Below, one piece after another: positions 53,915 through 64,000 of a DNA stretch of 64,000 nt. The notes beneath the pieces are model-generated. The model was not told where the DNA came from and did no database searches. It saw nothing but the letters and a program-made list of their open reading frames with translations. Numbering within the stretch: position 1 is the first letter of the stretch; every line of letters begins with the position of its first letter. Source of the DNA: Nitrospirota bacterium (GTDB taxonomy: Bacteria > Patescibacteriota > Gracilibacteria > UBA1369 > LOWO2-01-FULL-3). The stretch is from NCBI GenBank assembly GCA_043816165.1, contig JBDRIE010000025.1, forward strand, positions 2,680 to 66,679, given 5' to 3'. Made by a program: the position numbers and the translations under genes.

Positions 53915-55621
53915 TTACTTGATACGCAAGTAATTAATTGATGTTATCCCATCGTCAAAATAGCTTTTGCCCGAGCTTAAAGATGAAATAAGTCCGAGTA
54001 TTGGTGGTAGGGCTCCCTCATCAAACATTGTTGGGAGAAGCTCTTCCATGTTGAAATAAGAAACTTCGTCCGAATGTTTTAAGACCGGAGCTATTAGTTT
54101 TGAGTATGTATCTGATACTTTCAAACTGCTTATTTCTCCGTTTTTTGCGTCAATTGCGCTTTTGATTCCTTGTGTGTCTGTAGCAATTATTGCGACATTA
54201 TCGATGATTGAATATGCTACGACCCAGTCTTGTTTGCCCATTCTCAACTCATAAATTGTTGTTCCTTGATATATAACTTCTTCTTTCGTTATCGCTTCAG
54301 CAACTGCCACTATTTCTTTTGAAACTGTTCCATCTTCCAAAATGTGTTCTACTACTTTTGGTTCGAATACAGCTCCGATTTCTGCAAAATTGTCAGCTAT
54401 TTCATGGATTCTTACCGCTTCTGAGGATGGATCGTCCAGTTCAACTATCAATTTGTAAATCTGCCCTTCTCCATCTTTCTCCATTGCTAATGCAAATTCG
54501 TTTGCAAACAGAGGCAGAAGGTCAGTCTTGAAATTCACTTCCGGTCCGAAATATTTTTGAGAATATCCCTGAAGAATTTTGTCGAAGACTTCGATTACTG
54601 CATTGTCTCCTCCCGCTAATGCTTCGAGCATTCTTTTCACTTGGTATTCCAGATTTTCACCTCCCCAGAATGCCATGGTATTTGCGTCCACATATTCGCT
54701 AAGGTTTGCCGAATATTTTTCTTTGAAGTCAATGTATTTGCTGTCTTGCAGGACCGCCCTGTTTAGGCTGATAAATGTTTGGATTGCGAATTTGTCATCC
54801 AATGCCACCAACGCCAATCCTTCAGAATCGAGTAGGCTCATGAATGGCTGTACCGTTTCTACAGATAATCCTTTTTCGCTCAAGAAAGGGAATGCCTGGA
54901 AGAAGTCAGCATCGATTTTGTTAAAATTGACGAAGAAATATACCGCTTTGTTTAGTGGCATGTTGTCGTCGATTCTTCTATAGCTTTCTGAATCGTAGAG
55001 CCTTTTTCCTGATGGAGTTTGTAGTTCCTTTATCACTTCTTCGTTGTCGCTGATTATTATATATTCGCTTAGGAGAGCCTTGGTTCGGCCGTCTACCTTG
55101 CTGTCTTCAATATATTTTTTTGCATTTGTTTCACTAAATACCTCTGCAAAATAGACCAGGTCCACCTGTTCTCGTTCCGGTGATTTGATTACAGCTACTC
55201 CCACTACTCTTCCTAACCATGGAGCGATTTCTGAGTCGTAGTCTACGAGGAATTTTTCTTCCAAAAGCTTGATGAGGTTTTTGGCAGAGTACTCTTCGTG
55301 CCCTTCAAGCAGGGTAAATGTCTTGGTGAATTGGTTGTGGTCAAAATTGCTGTTTATTTCGACGATTGCGATTGTCTGTTCAGCAGGGAGTAATTGGGCA
55401 ATAGGTCTGGGCTTGAATGCTTTTTGGAAAAGCAAGTAGCCGACTGATACGAGGATTGCAATCATTATCAAAGCCAGGATTCCACCTAGGATTTGTTTTT
55501 TGGAAATTTTGATTTTGGATTTTTTGATTTTGGATTTTTTCTTCTCCTCTTTTTTAACTTTTTTCTTTGGGGCTTTGTCCTTCTCCCTTCTTTCTTTTTT
55601 TGCTTTGGATTTTTTACCCAT
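53915..55621 (-). CDS. membrane-anchored hypothetical protein (possibly DUF3352-like)
   Basis: 568 aa. Very basic K-rich N-terminus, one TM, large extracytoplasmic domain. 1-nt gap to the downstream DUF4012 gene. Family call is tentative. Confidence 0.55.
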   Translation of the reverse strand: MGKKSKAKKERREKDKAPKKKVKKEEKKKSKIKKSKIKISKKQILGGILALIMIAILVSVGYLLFQKAFKPRPIAQLLPAEQTIAIVEINSNFDHNQFTKTFTLLEGHEEYSAKNLIKLLEEKFLVDYDSEIAPWLGRVVGVAVIKSPEREQVDLVYFAEVFSETNAKKYIEDSKVDGRTKALLSEYIIISDNEEVIKELQTPSGKRLYDSESYRRIDDNMPLNKAVYFFVNFNKIDADFFQAFPFLSEKGLSVETVQPFMSLLDSEGLALVALDDKFAIQTFISLNRAVLQDSKYIDFKEKYSANLSEYVDANTMAFWGGENLEYQVKRMLEALAGGDNAVIEVFDKILQGYSQKYFGPEVNFKTDLLPLFANEFALAMEKDGEGQIYKLIVELDDPSSEAVRIHEIADNFAEIGAVFEPKVVEHILEDGTVSKEIVAVAEAITKEEVIYQGTTIYELRMGKQDWVVAYSIIDNVAIIATDTQGIKSAIDAKNGEISSLKVSDTYSKLIAPVLKHSDEVSYFNMEELLPTMFDEGALPPILGLISSLSSGKSYFDDGITSINYLRIK

Positions 55622-55734
55622 ATTTGATTAGTCAGTGTTTTGTTAATAATATACGGTTTTTGGTTGAAATAAAAATCATTATTGTAAGTTTGTGAGAATT
55701 TTCGTAGAATGGACGGGCTTATAACGATTTTCAT

Positions 55735-57549
55735 ATGACTGCAAATGAGTTAAGACGGCTGTACATCGACTTTTTTGTCAATAAACATGACCATAGAGAG
55801 ATTGGTGGTGCGTCATTGATTCCGGAAAATGATCCGACTGTTCTGTTTACGACTGCGGGTATGCATCCTTTGGTGCCATTTTTGATGGGAGAGCCTCATC
55901 CTTCCGGTCGTAGGCTTGTGAATATACAGAAATGCATAAGGACCGGGGATATTGATGAGGTTGGGGATGAAACGCATCTGACGTTTTTTGAGATGTTGGG
56001 AAATTGGTCGCTTGGAGATTATTTCAAGGAGGGGGCTATCAAGATGAGTCATGAGTTTTTGACTAGTTCTAGGGAGAATGGAGGGCTTGGCTTACCGATG
56101 GATATGTTGGCTGTTTCGGTTTTTGAGGGTGATAATGACGCTCCTCGTGATGATGAATCGGCTGATATTTGGCGTGGACTTGGTTTTGACGATGAACGGA
56201 TTGCGTTTTTGGATAAGTCTGAGAATTGGTGGGGACCTGCCGGTGCGACCGGGCCTTGTGGTCCTGATACCGAGATGTTTTATTGGAGCGGTGAAGGTGA
56301 TGCTCCTGCGGCTTTTGATCCGGATGATGATCGATGGGTGGAAATCTGGAATGACGTATTTATGCAATATAACAAAAAAGAGGATGGGAGTTTTGAGGAG
56401 CTTTCGCAGAAAAATGTGGATACGGGGATGGGATTTGACAGGACTTTGGCGGTTTTGAGTGGCGTGGGGACTCCATTTGAGACTGAACTTTTTGCTCGAA
56501 TACTGGGTGAGATCAGATTGTTGGCAAATTATAGTTCACCGGATGCGGCTCAACAGAAATCTGAACGAATTATTGCCGATCATTTGCGTACCGCTACTTT
56601 TATATTGGGAGATCCTCAGGGAGTTACTCCTTCAAATACCGATCAGGGATATGTTCTTCGGCGATTGATTCGTAGGTCTGTTATTCATGGACGAAAATTG
56701 GGTATTGAGTCTGATTTCGCTCGTAAGATTGCGGAGATTGTAGTCGAAGATTATGGGGATTTTTATACTGAGTTGGTTGAGAATGCGACACGGATTTACG
56801 TGGAAATTGCGGGAGAGGAGGAGAACTTTAAGAGAACTTTGAACAAAGGTTTGTCCGTTTTGCATAAGGAAATGTCGCAACATGATAAGAGCAAGGGAGT
56901 GCGTGGTTTTGATGAAAAGTTCTTTTTTGAAATGTTTGCGACTTACGGATTTCCGGTTGAGATGACTTGCGAGGAGATGGAGGATAGCGGCTGGACTTCG
57001 GGCGACGAGGATCGTAACTATATTATGGAAAAATTTGAAAAATATTTTGATGAGCACCAAGCCTTGTCACGAGCGGGAGCTGAGAAAAAGTTTTCCGGTG
57101 GTTTGGCTGATCATGGTGAGGACGTGACTAAGTTGCATACGGCAACGCACTTACTGCATCGGGCTTTGCGGCAGGTTTTGGGCAATCATGTTGAGCAAAA
57201 AGGTTCAAATATTACTCCTGAAAGGCTCCGTTTTGATTTTACTCATGGGGAGAAAATGACCGACGATGAGGTTGCGGAGGTTGAGCGTTTGGTGAATGAA
57301 GTGATTGATAAGGGCATTGATATTGGCTGTGAGGAAATGGGCGTGGATAAGGCGAAAGAGGCGGGAGCAATTGGCCTTTTTGAATCAAAATACGGGGAAA
57401 AGGTGAAGGTTTATACTGTGGGAGATTTTAGTAAAGAGATTTGTGGAGGGCCGCATGTGGGGAATACGAGTGAGCTGGGGCATTTTAGGATCAAGAAAGA
57501 GCAATCTTCGAGTGCGGGGGTGAGGAGGATAAAAGCGGTTTTAGAGTAA
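55735..57549 (+). CDS. alaS: alanine--tRNA ligase, shortened (no C-Ala domain)
   Basis: 604 aa. FFVNKHDH...LFTTAGMHPLVPF, WGPAGATGPCGPDTE, editing-domain HTATHLLHRAL and CGGPHV. Ends right after the editing domain. Confidence 0.94.
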   Translation: MTANELRRLYIDFFVNKHDHREIGGASLIPENDPTVLFTTAGMHPLVPFLMGEPHPSGRRLVNIQKCIRTGDIDEVGDETHLTFFEMLGNWSLGDYFKEGAIKMSHEFLTSSRENGGLGLPMDMLAVSVFEGDNDAPRDDESADIWRGLGFDDERIAFLDKSENWWGPAGATGPCGPDTEMFYWSGEGDAPAAFDPDDDRWVEIWNDVFMQYNKKEDGSFEELSQKNVDTGMGFDRTLAVLSGVGTPFETELFARILGEIRLLANYSSPDAAQQKSERIIADHLRTATFILGDPQGVTPSNTDQGYVLRRLIRRSVIHGRKLGIESDFARKIAEIVVEDYGDFYTELVENATRIYVEIAGEEENFKRTLNKGLSVLHKEMSQHDKSKGVRGFDEKFFFEMFATYGFPVEMTCEEMEDSGWTSGDEDRNYIMEKFEKYFDEHQALSRAGAEKKFSGGLADHGEDVTKLHTATHLLHRALRQVLGNHVEQKGSNITPERLRFDFTHGEKMTDDEVAEVERLVNEVIDKGIDIGCEEMGVDKAKEAGAIGLFESKYGEKVKVYTVGDFSKEICGGPHVGNTSELGHFRIKKEQSSSAGVRRIKAVLE

Positions 57550-58899
57550 TTCGCCTTTTAGTACCCAAGGCGCTGTGCCGGTGATTTTGACCGGGACTAT
57601 TTTGCCGAGGAGATTTTCGTCTGACCGGAATTGTACAGTTTTGAAGTTTTCACTGCGGCCGGTGCAGATGTCGCCTTCTTGGTTTTCGACCAGTACGTTT
57701 ACCGTTTTGCCTACAAATCTTTCGAGAGTTTTTGCTGACTGTACTTTTAGGAGTTCGTTCATGGCTTCCCATCTTTGTTTTTTGGTTTCTGTCGGGATGT
57801 CATCTTTCATGAATCGGTTGGCGGTTGTGCCTTTTCGGTCCGAGTATTGGGCGATGTAGGCGTGTTCGAAGCCGAGGGCTTTGAAACGGTCGTATGTATG
57901 GCGGAATTCTTCTTCTGTTTCTCCGCAGAATCCCACGATTATGTCTGTGGAAATGGAAATGTCCGGGATTTTTGCGCGTAATTTTTGGATGATCTCACTG
58001 AATTTTTCGATTGTGTAGGGGCGATTCATTCGTTTGAGGGTTGCGTTGTCGCCGGCCTGGACGGGAAGGTGCAGATATGGCATTTGTGTTTGTAGAGTGC
58101 CCATTGCTTCTATCAGTTGGTCGCTCATGTCTGAAGGGTGGGGTGAAGTGAATCGCACTCTTTCTAGGCCCTTTAGTTTATTGAGTTCTTCTAGGATGTG
58201 AACGAAGGGTTCCTTCTCCAGGTGTGCGAATTTTTCGTGCTCTTTGTCGTAGTTGCTGAGACCGTATGAATTCACTGTTTGTCCGATGAGTGTGATTTCT
58301 TTACACCCATTTTCAACTAATTTTTCCGCTTCTTCTAGAATGTCTTCAATTTTTCGTGATTTTTCCCGGCCTCTGGAATATGGGACAATGCAATATGTGC
58401 AGAATTTGTCGCAGCCGTTTGAGATGGGGAGTAATGCTTGGGCATTTGTATTATAGAAAGTATGAGTTGCATCAATTTTCAGGTAATCTTCCAGGCTTTC
58501 TTCCTTAATTTCTTCAATTTTCAATGCCGGATTTATTTCTCTTAATAATTCTGCGAGCTTTGGTAATTCCTCTGTCCTAAGCGCAATATCCAACTCCTTT
58601 ACTCGTGGAAAAAGTGGATCTCTTTTTTCCGAATACCTCGAACTGGATTCTCTGACCATGCATCCGGTGATTACTACTATTAGATCTTTTTTAGCCTTAA
58701 TTCCCTTCAACTCCCTCATTTTCCCAAGAACTTTGTCCTCTGCTTTTTGTTTAATACTACAAGTATTTAGCAAAATTACATCCGCATCTTTGATTGCGTC
58801 TATTTTGTCGAATCCCAACGCTTCCATGTATGTCTCCATTCTCTCCGAATCGGAGTAGTTCATTTGGCACCCGTATGTGAGGATAATGTATTTTGGCAT
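57541..58899 (-). CDS. miaB: tRNA (i6A37) methylthiotransferase
   Basis: 452 aa. TYGCQMNYSDSE UPF0004 domain, radical-SAM CDKFCTYCIVP, C-terminal TRAM domain. Its 3' end overlaps alaS by 9 nt. Confidence 0.87.
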   Translation of the reverse strand: MPKYIILTYGCQMNYSDSERMETYMEALGFDKIDAIKDADVILLNTCSIKQKAEDKVLGKMRELKGIKAKKDLIVVITGCMVRESSSRYSEKRDPLFPRVKELDIALRTEELPKLAELLREINPALKIEEIKEESLEDYLKIDATHTFYNTNAQALLPISNGCDKFCTYCIVPYSRGREKSRKIEDILEEAEKLVENGCKEITLIGQTVNSYGLSNYDKEHEKFAHLEKEPFVHILEELNKLKGLERVRFTSPHPSDMSDQLIEAMGTLQTQMPYLHLPVQAGDNATLKRMNRPYTIEKFSEIIQKLRAKIPDISISTDIIVGFCGETEEEFRHTYDRFKALGFEHAYIAQYSDRKGTTANRFMKDDIPTETKKQRWEAMNELLKVQSAKTLERFVGKTVNVLVENQEGDICTGRSENFKTVQFRSDENLLGKIVPVKITGTAPWVLKGELL

Positions 58900-58904
58900 T
58901 TTTC

Positions 58905-58979
58905 TGGTGTCCCCGGCAGGAATTGAACCTGCATCTAAGGTTTAGGAAACCTCCGTTCTATCCATTGAACTACGGGGAC
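58905..58979 (-). tRNA. tRNA-Arg (anticodon CCU), CCA encoded
   Basis: Hand-folded. Acceptor GTCCCCG/CGGGGAC, D arm GTTC/GAAC, anticodon stem GAGGT/ACCTT with loop TTCCTAA, T arm GCAGG-TTCAATT-CCTGC, discriminator A, then CCA. Confidence 0.9.
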
Positions 58980-59000
58980 AAATTGATTTAGAGTCTGATC

Positions 59001-59594
59001 TTAGACCTTTTTGAGGAGCACGGTCAATCTTTTGTCTTCCGGTAGCTCTGAACGAGACTTTATGATGTAGCTCTCCTCAGGTGATGGATTCTCCAAACCT
59101 AGATCTTTCATTTTTGCACTCAGGTTGCCTTCTCCCATTGGGATTACTACTCTTGGCTCGATTGCTTCTATTATTTCCATAGGTTTTTTGCCGTCAAGAT
59201 TACTTTTTTCTCCCAGGTCGATCATCAAAATGTCCACGTCTCCGATTTCTTTCACCACATCGCTTGTTAGCACGTGTCCGACCGCTCCAAGATGACAGAC
59301 TTTTATCCCGCCCATGTCGAAATAATAAATAATTGTCTCATCTCCGGCACCTTCTTCCTCTTCTTTTGATTTGCTTTTAGTCCAGGCGCGAAACCCCTCG
59401 ATTGCAATCCCTTGTATTTCATATTCTCCCGCCCAATCAACTACTGTGTCTGCATCTTTTACTTCCGCAGTCTCTTCTAAGCTTGATAAAACTACATTCC
59501 CCGTAACGCCAGACTGCTTGTCAGGGTTGATTAAAAGCGTTGTCCCCTTCTCCTTTAATGTGAAACATGTGTTCCCGTGCCATTTAATTTCCAT
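59001..59594 (-). CDS. MBL-fold metal-dependent hydrolase (COG2220 type)
   Basis: 197 aa. MEIKWHGNTCFTLKEKGTTLLINPD N-terminus is typical of the small UlaG-like beta-lactamase-fold family. Confidence 0.75.
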   Translation of the reverse strand: MEIKWHGNTCFTLKEKGTTLLINPDKQSGVTGNVVLSSLEETAEVKDADTVVDWAGEYEIQGIAIEGFRAWTKSKSKEEEEGAGDETIIYYFDMGGIKVCHLGAVGHVLTSDVVKEIGDVDILMIDLGEKSNLDGKKPMEIIEAIEPRVVIPMGEGNLSAKMKDLGLENPSPEESYIIKSRSELPEDKRLTVLLKKV

Positions 59595-59686
59595 ATATAT
59601 TCTTGGTTATTTTTAAGGTTAAATACCGCGAGGAAGCATACTAAAATTGTTGCGTATAATCAATGTAATTGCTAGTATCCGAATGA

Positions 59687-61868
<2,182 letters not shown>

Positions 61869-61936
61869 ATTTTTGCTTAAAAAAAGCACCCTCGGATTTT
61901 TGGTCTTTGGGCACTTTTAGTTTGTATAATTGAAAA

Positions 61937-62737
61937 TTAGTAGCTTAATGTATTTCCTGCAACCGGGAAAGCTGTATCGACTACAGCCGGTGCATCTACA
62001 GTTACGTTTTCCAGTGAAACTGATAGATCCTCATCGTTGACAGTCATGTTGATTAAATCTTGGGTATTTATGTCGAGATCTATTTGTACACAAGTACCCT
62101 GGACTATTGAGAAATGTGTATAATTCGGTTCAAAATTAATAGAATCGGTAAATACCTTTGTAACATATGCATGAGGTGTGGGATTGCCACTTAGCGACAA
62201 CCATCTAACATAGGTCATAGCAACATGATCGTTAATTTCATTAAGTGGATCTTTGTCAATAACCGTCATCATATTGTCTCTATCGCCGGTTAATAGATAT
62301 TCCATACCATTCACTGTCACATGACCGTCAACCGCACATAAATCAAAGCTTGCAATGGTATCGTCCATACTTACAGTCCTACTTCCACTTGGAGAAGAGG
62401 AAGATAATGAAACCGTTAAGTGTCCATCATTTACTGCTGGTTGTGTTGGTTCATCTGCAGGCTCATCTGTTGGCTCATCTGTTGGCTCATCTGCCGGTTC
62501 TTCCGGCTCTGGTTCATCTTCTGGTTCATATGCTACTGGTATTTCATATGCCACTGGTGCATCGTACACTACCGGTGCTTTGAATCTGAAGAGTTTTCCT
62601 TGGAATAATCCTCCTTGTGCACCTAGCACTACTGCGCCAACTACGACTACGGCCACTAGTACACCAACGATGAGCTTCCATTTGCCTCCCTTTTTAGGTT
62701 GCTCTTTAGGAGTTTGCATGGGGTTTGTGTTTTCCAT
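61937..62737 (-). CDS. membrane-anchored protein with acidic P/E/D/T repeats
   Basis: 266 aa. N-terminal anchor WKLIVGVLVAVVVVGAVVLGA, PV(A/V)Y(E/D) and (A/T)DEP repeats, roughly 150-aa beta-rich C-domain. No family recognised. Confidence 0.6.
   Translation of the reverse strand: MENTNPMQTPKEQPKKGGKWKLIVGVLVAVVVVGAVVLGAQGGLFQGKLFRFKAPVVYDAPVAYEIPVAYEPEDEPEPEEPADEPTDEPTDEPADEPTQPAVNDGHLTVSLSSSSPSGSRTVSMDDTIASFDLCAVDGHVTVNGMEYLLTGDRDNMMTVIDKDPLNEINDHVAMTYVRWLSLSGNPTPHAYVTKVFTDSINFEPNYTHFSIVQGTCVQIDLDINTQDLINMTVNDEDLSVSLENVTVDAPAVVDTAFPVAGNTLSY
62448..62495. repeat. coding 12-nt tandem repeat
   Basis: GGTTCATCTGCA / GGCTCATCTGTT / GGCTCATCTGTT / GGCTCATCTGCC encodes the ADEP/TDEP units on the minus strand. 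Confidence 0.8.
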
Positions 62738-62842
62738 TTTTGTTTTTGTTAATTTTTGTTTTTATATTAAGTGAAAAATATTTTCACAATTAATTATTCT
62801 TCCATAACTTTAGCATATATATATATATGTCAACCTTCTGCG

Positions 62843-63697
62843 TCAAAGTGTCGCTGCCTGTCGGTATTTCCTATAAAGCATGTCCGCCTGGTCATCCACT
62901 TGCCGGGTCACATCGATCCGCCAGTTTTTTTCATCAACAAGCCCATTATGCATGAATTCATGATGATCGTGGCAGAGCGAAACAATCGAATCATGGCTTT
63001 TTGACTCGGAGAATCTGTCCGTATGGTGAAAATCCGTTGCAGGTTTGTTGCAGTTTGGATAGATACATTTCCCCTCTCCTAGCGCTTTTCGTTGCTGATG
63101 AACGGAAACATATCGCGTTTCAACAGCTTTTTTCGGTCTTGTCGAGTTTTCCCCGGGGACGGGTTTTTGAGGAAATTCATTTTCGCTCACTTTGGCCAAA
63201 ATCTTTCCCATTATCTCCTTGTTGCTCAGAGTTTTTCCCCATTTCTTTTTCAACTTCAAAAACAAAAATGTCATTTCCTCGTCCAGCTCCAACTTTATCT
63301 TTTCTGGTTTCGCCTCACAAAGATCCGTTTCCTTGTTTCGCAGTTCCTTCGAAAGTGTCTGAACCGCAGGTTTGCTCATATTTCCGATTTTATCCGCAAG
63401 AGCTCCCTCGTTTTCGGGTGTAGCCAAAGTTACCACCATCGCTACTTTGTTCAGTCCAACGGTTTTGATAGCCTCCTTCAATTTCGGTTTATCATGCAAA
63501 TGTTTTTCGATTCGCAATCTCTTCTCGACTGTTGATCCGGGAATTCCTCCAAATTTTCCCGCATATTCCACAATTGTAGAAGCAAATTTTTTGTAAATTC
63601 CCGATTCGTAAATTTCCGGAAGAATTGCGAGCATTTCGTTTGTAAGTTTGAATTTTTGTCGGCCCAGTTGTACGAATTTTCTGTGCAGATTTTCCAT
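62843..63697 (-). CDS. HNH endonuclease domain protein (copy 2)
   Basis: CIYPNCNKPATDFHHTDRFS...SLCHDHHEFMHNG. Start at MENLHRK (63697). Has about 25 more N-terminal residues than copy 1. Confidence 0.8.
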   Translation of the reverse strand: MENLHRKFVQLGRQKFKLTNEMLAILPEIYESGIYKKFASTIVEYAGKFGGIPGSTVEKRLRIEKHLHDKPKLKEAIKTVGLNKVAMVVTLATPENEGALADKIGNMSKPAVQTLSKELRNKETDLCEAKPEKIKLELDEEMTFLFLKLKKKWGKTLSNKEIMGKILAKVSENEFPQKPVPGENSTRPKKAVETRYVSVHQQRKALGEGKCIYPNCNKPATDFHHTDRFSESKSHDSIVSLCHDHHEFMHNGLVDEKNWRIDVTRQVDDQADMLYRKYRQAATL

Positions 63698-63882
63698 AGT
63701 TCTGAAGGTTAGAAAGTAGGGGTTATATTTTCTCAAATCCACACAGAAAAACAACCCTAAAATCGCTTGCATATGCGGTTATACAACACTTTTGAAATCT
63801 TTATTAGCACCCCCAAATAACGGCTTTTGCAAGCCCTAACTTTATTTCGCTTTTTATCCAAAAATCTCGTCAAGTCGAAATT
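62843..63882 (-). mobile_element. HNH unit copy 2: CDS plus conserved upstream leader
   Basis: Leader 63698-63882 aligns with 9818-9999 (roughly three quarters identical by eye), including TATAAC at 63778-63783. Mobility not shown. Confidence 0.4.
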
Positions 63883-64000
63883 CTCTTACTCAAAATCCAA
63901 CCCATCACCGGCGACAACCTTTCACGCAAAATCCCGTATAACCGTGAATTTAACCAAACCATTTACTCATATCTTTGTCTGAGGCCCGCTTCCGCTCCAT

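Overview
AT-rich, tightly packed bacterial chromosome segment read with the standard code (TGA acts as a stop in ATGA/GTGA gene overlaps at 28911-28914 and 41363-41366). All family calls are motif recognition by eye, with no searches run. Most genes are housekeeping: uvrA, recF, thrS, rpsF-ssb-rpsR, purH, purN, two archaeal-type purP paralogs, uppP, a pgsA-like gene, a sugar-nucleotide/glycosyltransferase cluster, sdaAB/sdaAA, mscS, an SPFH gene, aroE, lspA, ftsW-murG, lemA, lexA, mutS, mutL, alaS, miaB, tRNA-Arg(CCU), eno and nnrD. Domain-truncated ThrRS and AlaRS, DUF4012-type envelope proteins, many orphan membrane proteins and no outer-membrane genes suggest a reduced-genome monoderm lineage such as Patescibacteria/CPR; this is inference only. 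The best candidate for an undescribed system is a 9.6 kb five-gene operon (10689-20260, minus strand) just downstream of rpsF-ssb-rpsR. It encodes four membrane-associated proteins and a 1262-aa soluble giant, none with a signature I recognise. Other observations: two diverged HNH-endonuclease units with a conserved non-coding leader, 53.8 kb apart in direct orientation. Two families of GC-rich mini-elements, one forming the 3' ends of genes and one inserted in frame in mutS and a glycosyltransferase. A 7-4-7 palindrome between the -35 and -10 of lexA. A 70-aa protein made only of four DnaJ-type CxxCxGxG motifs. An iteron-like AT-rich repeat array upstream of an excisionase-type HTH gene. Two non-coding gaps ending in strong intrinsic terminators. 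No CRISPR array, rRNA, transposase or integrase was seen.
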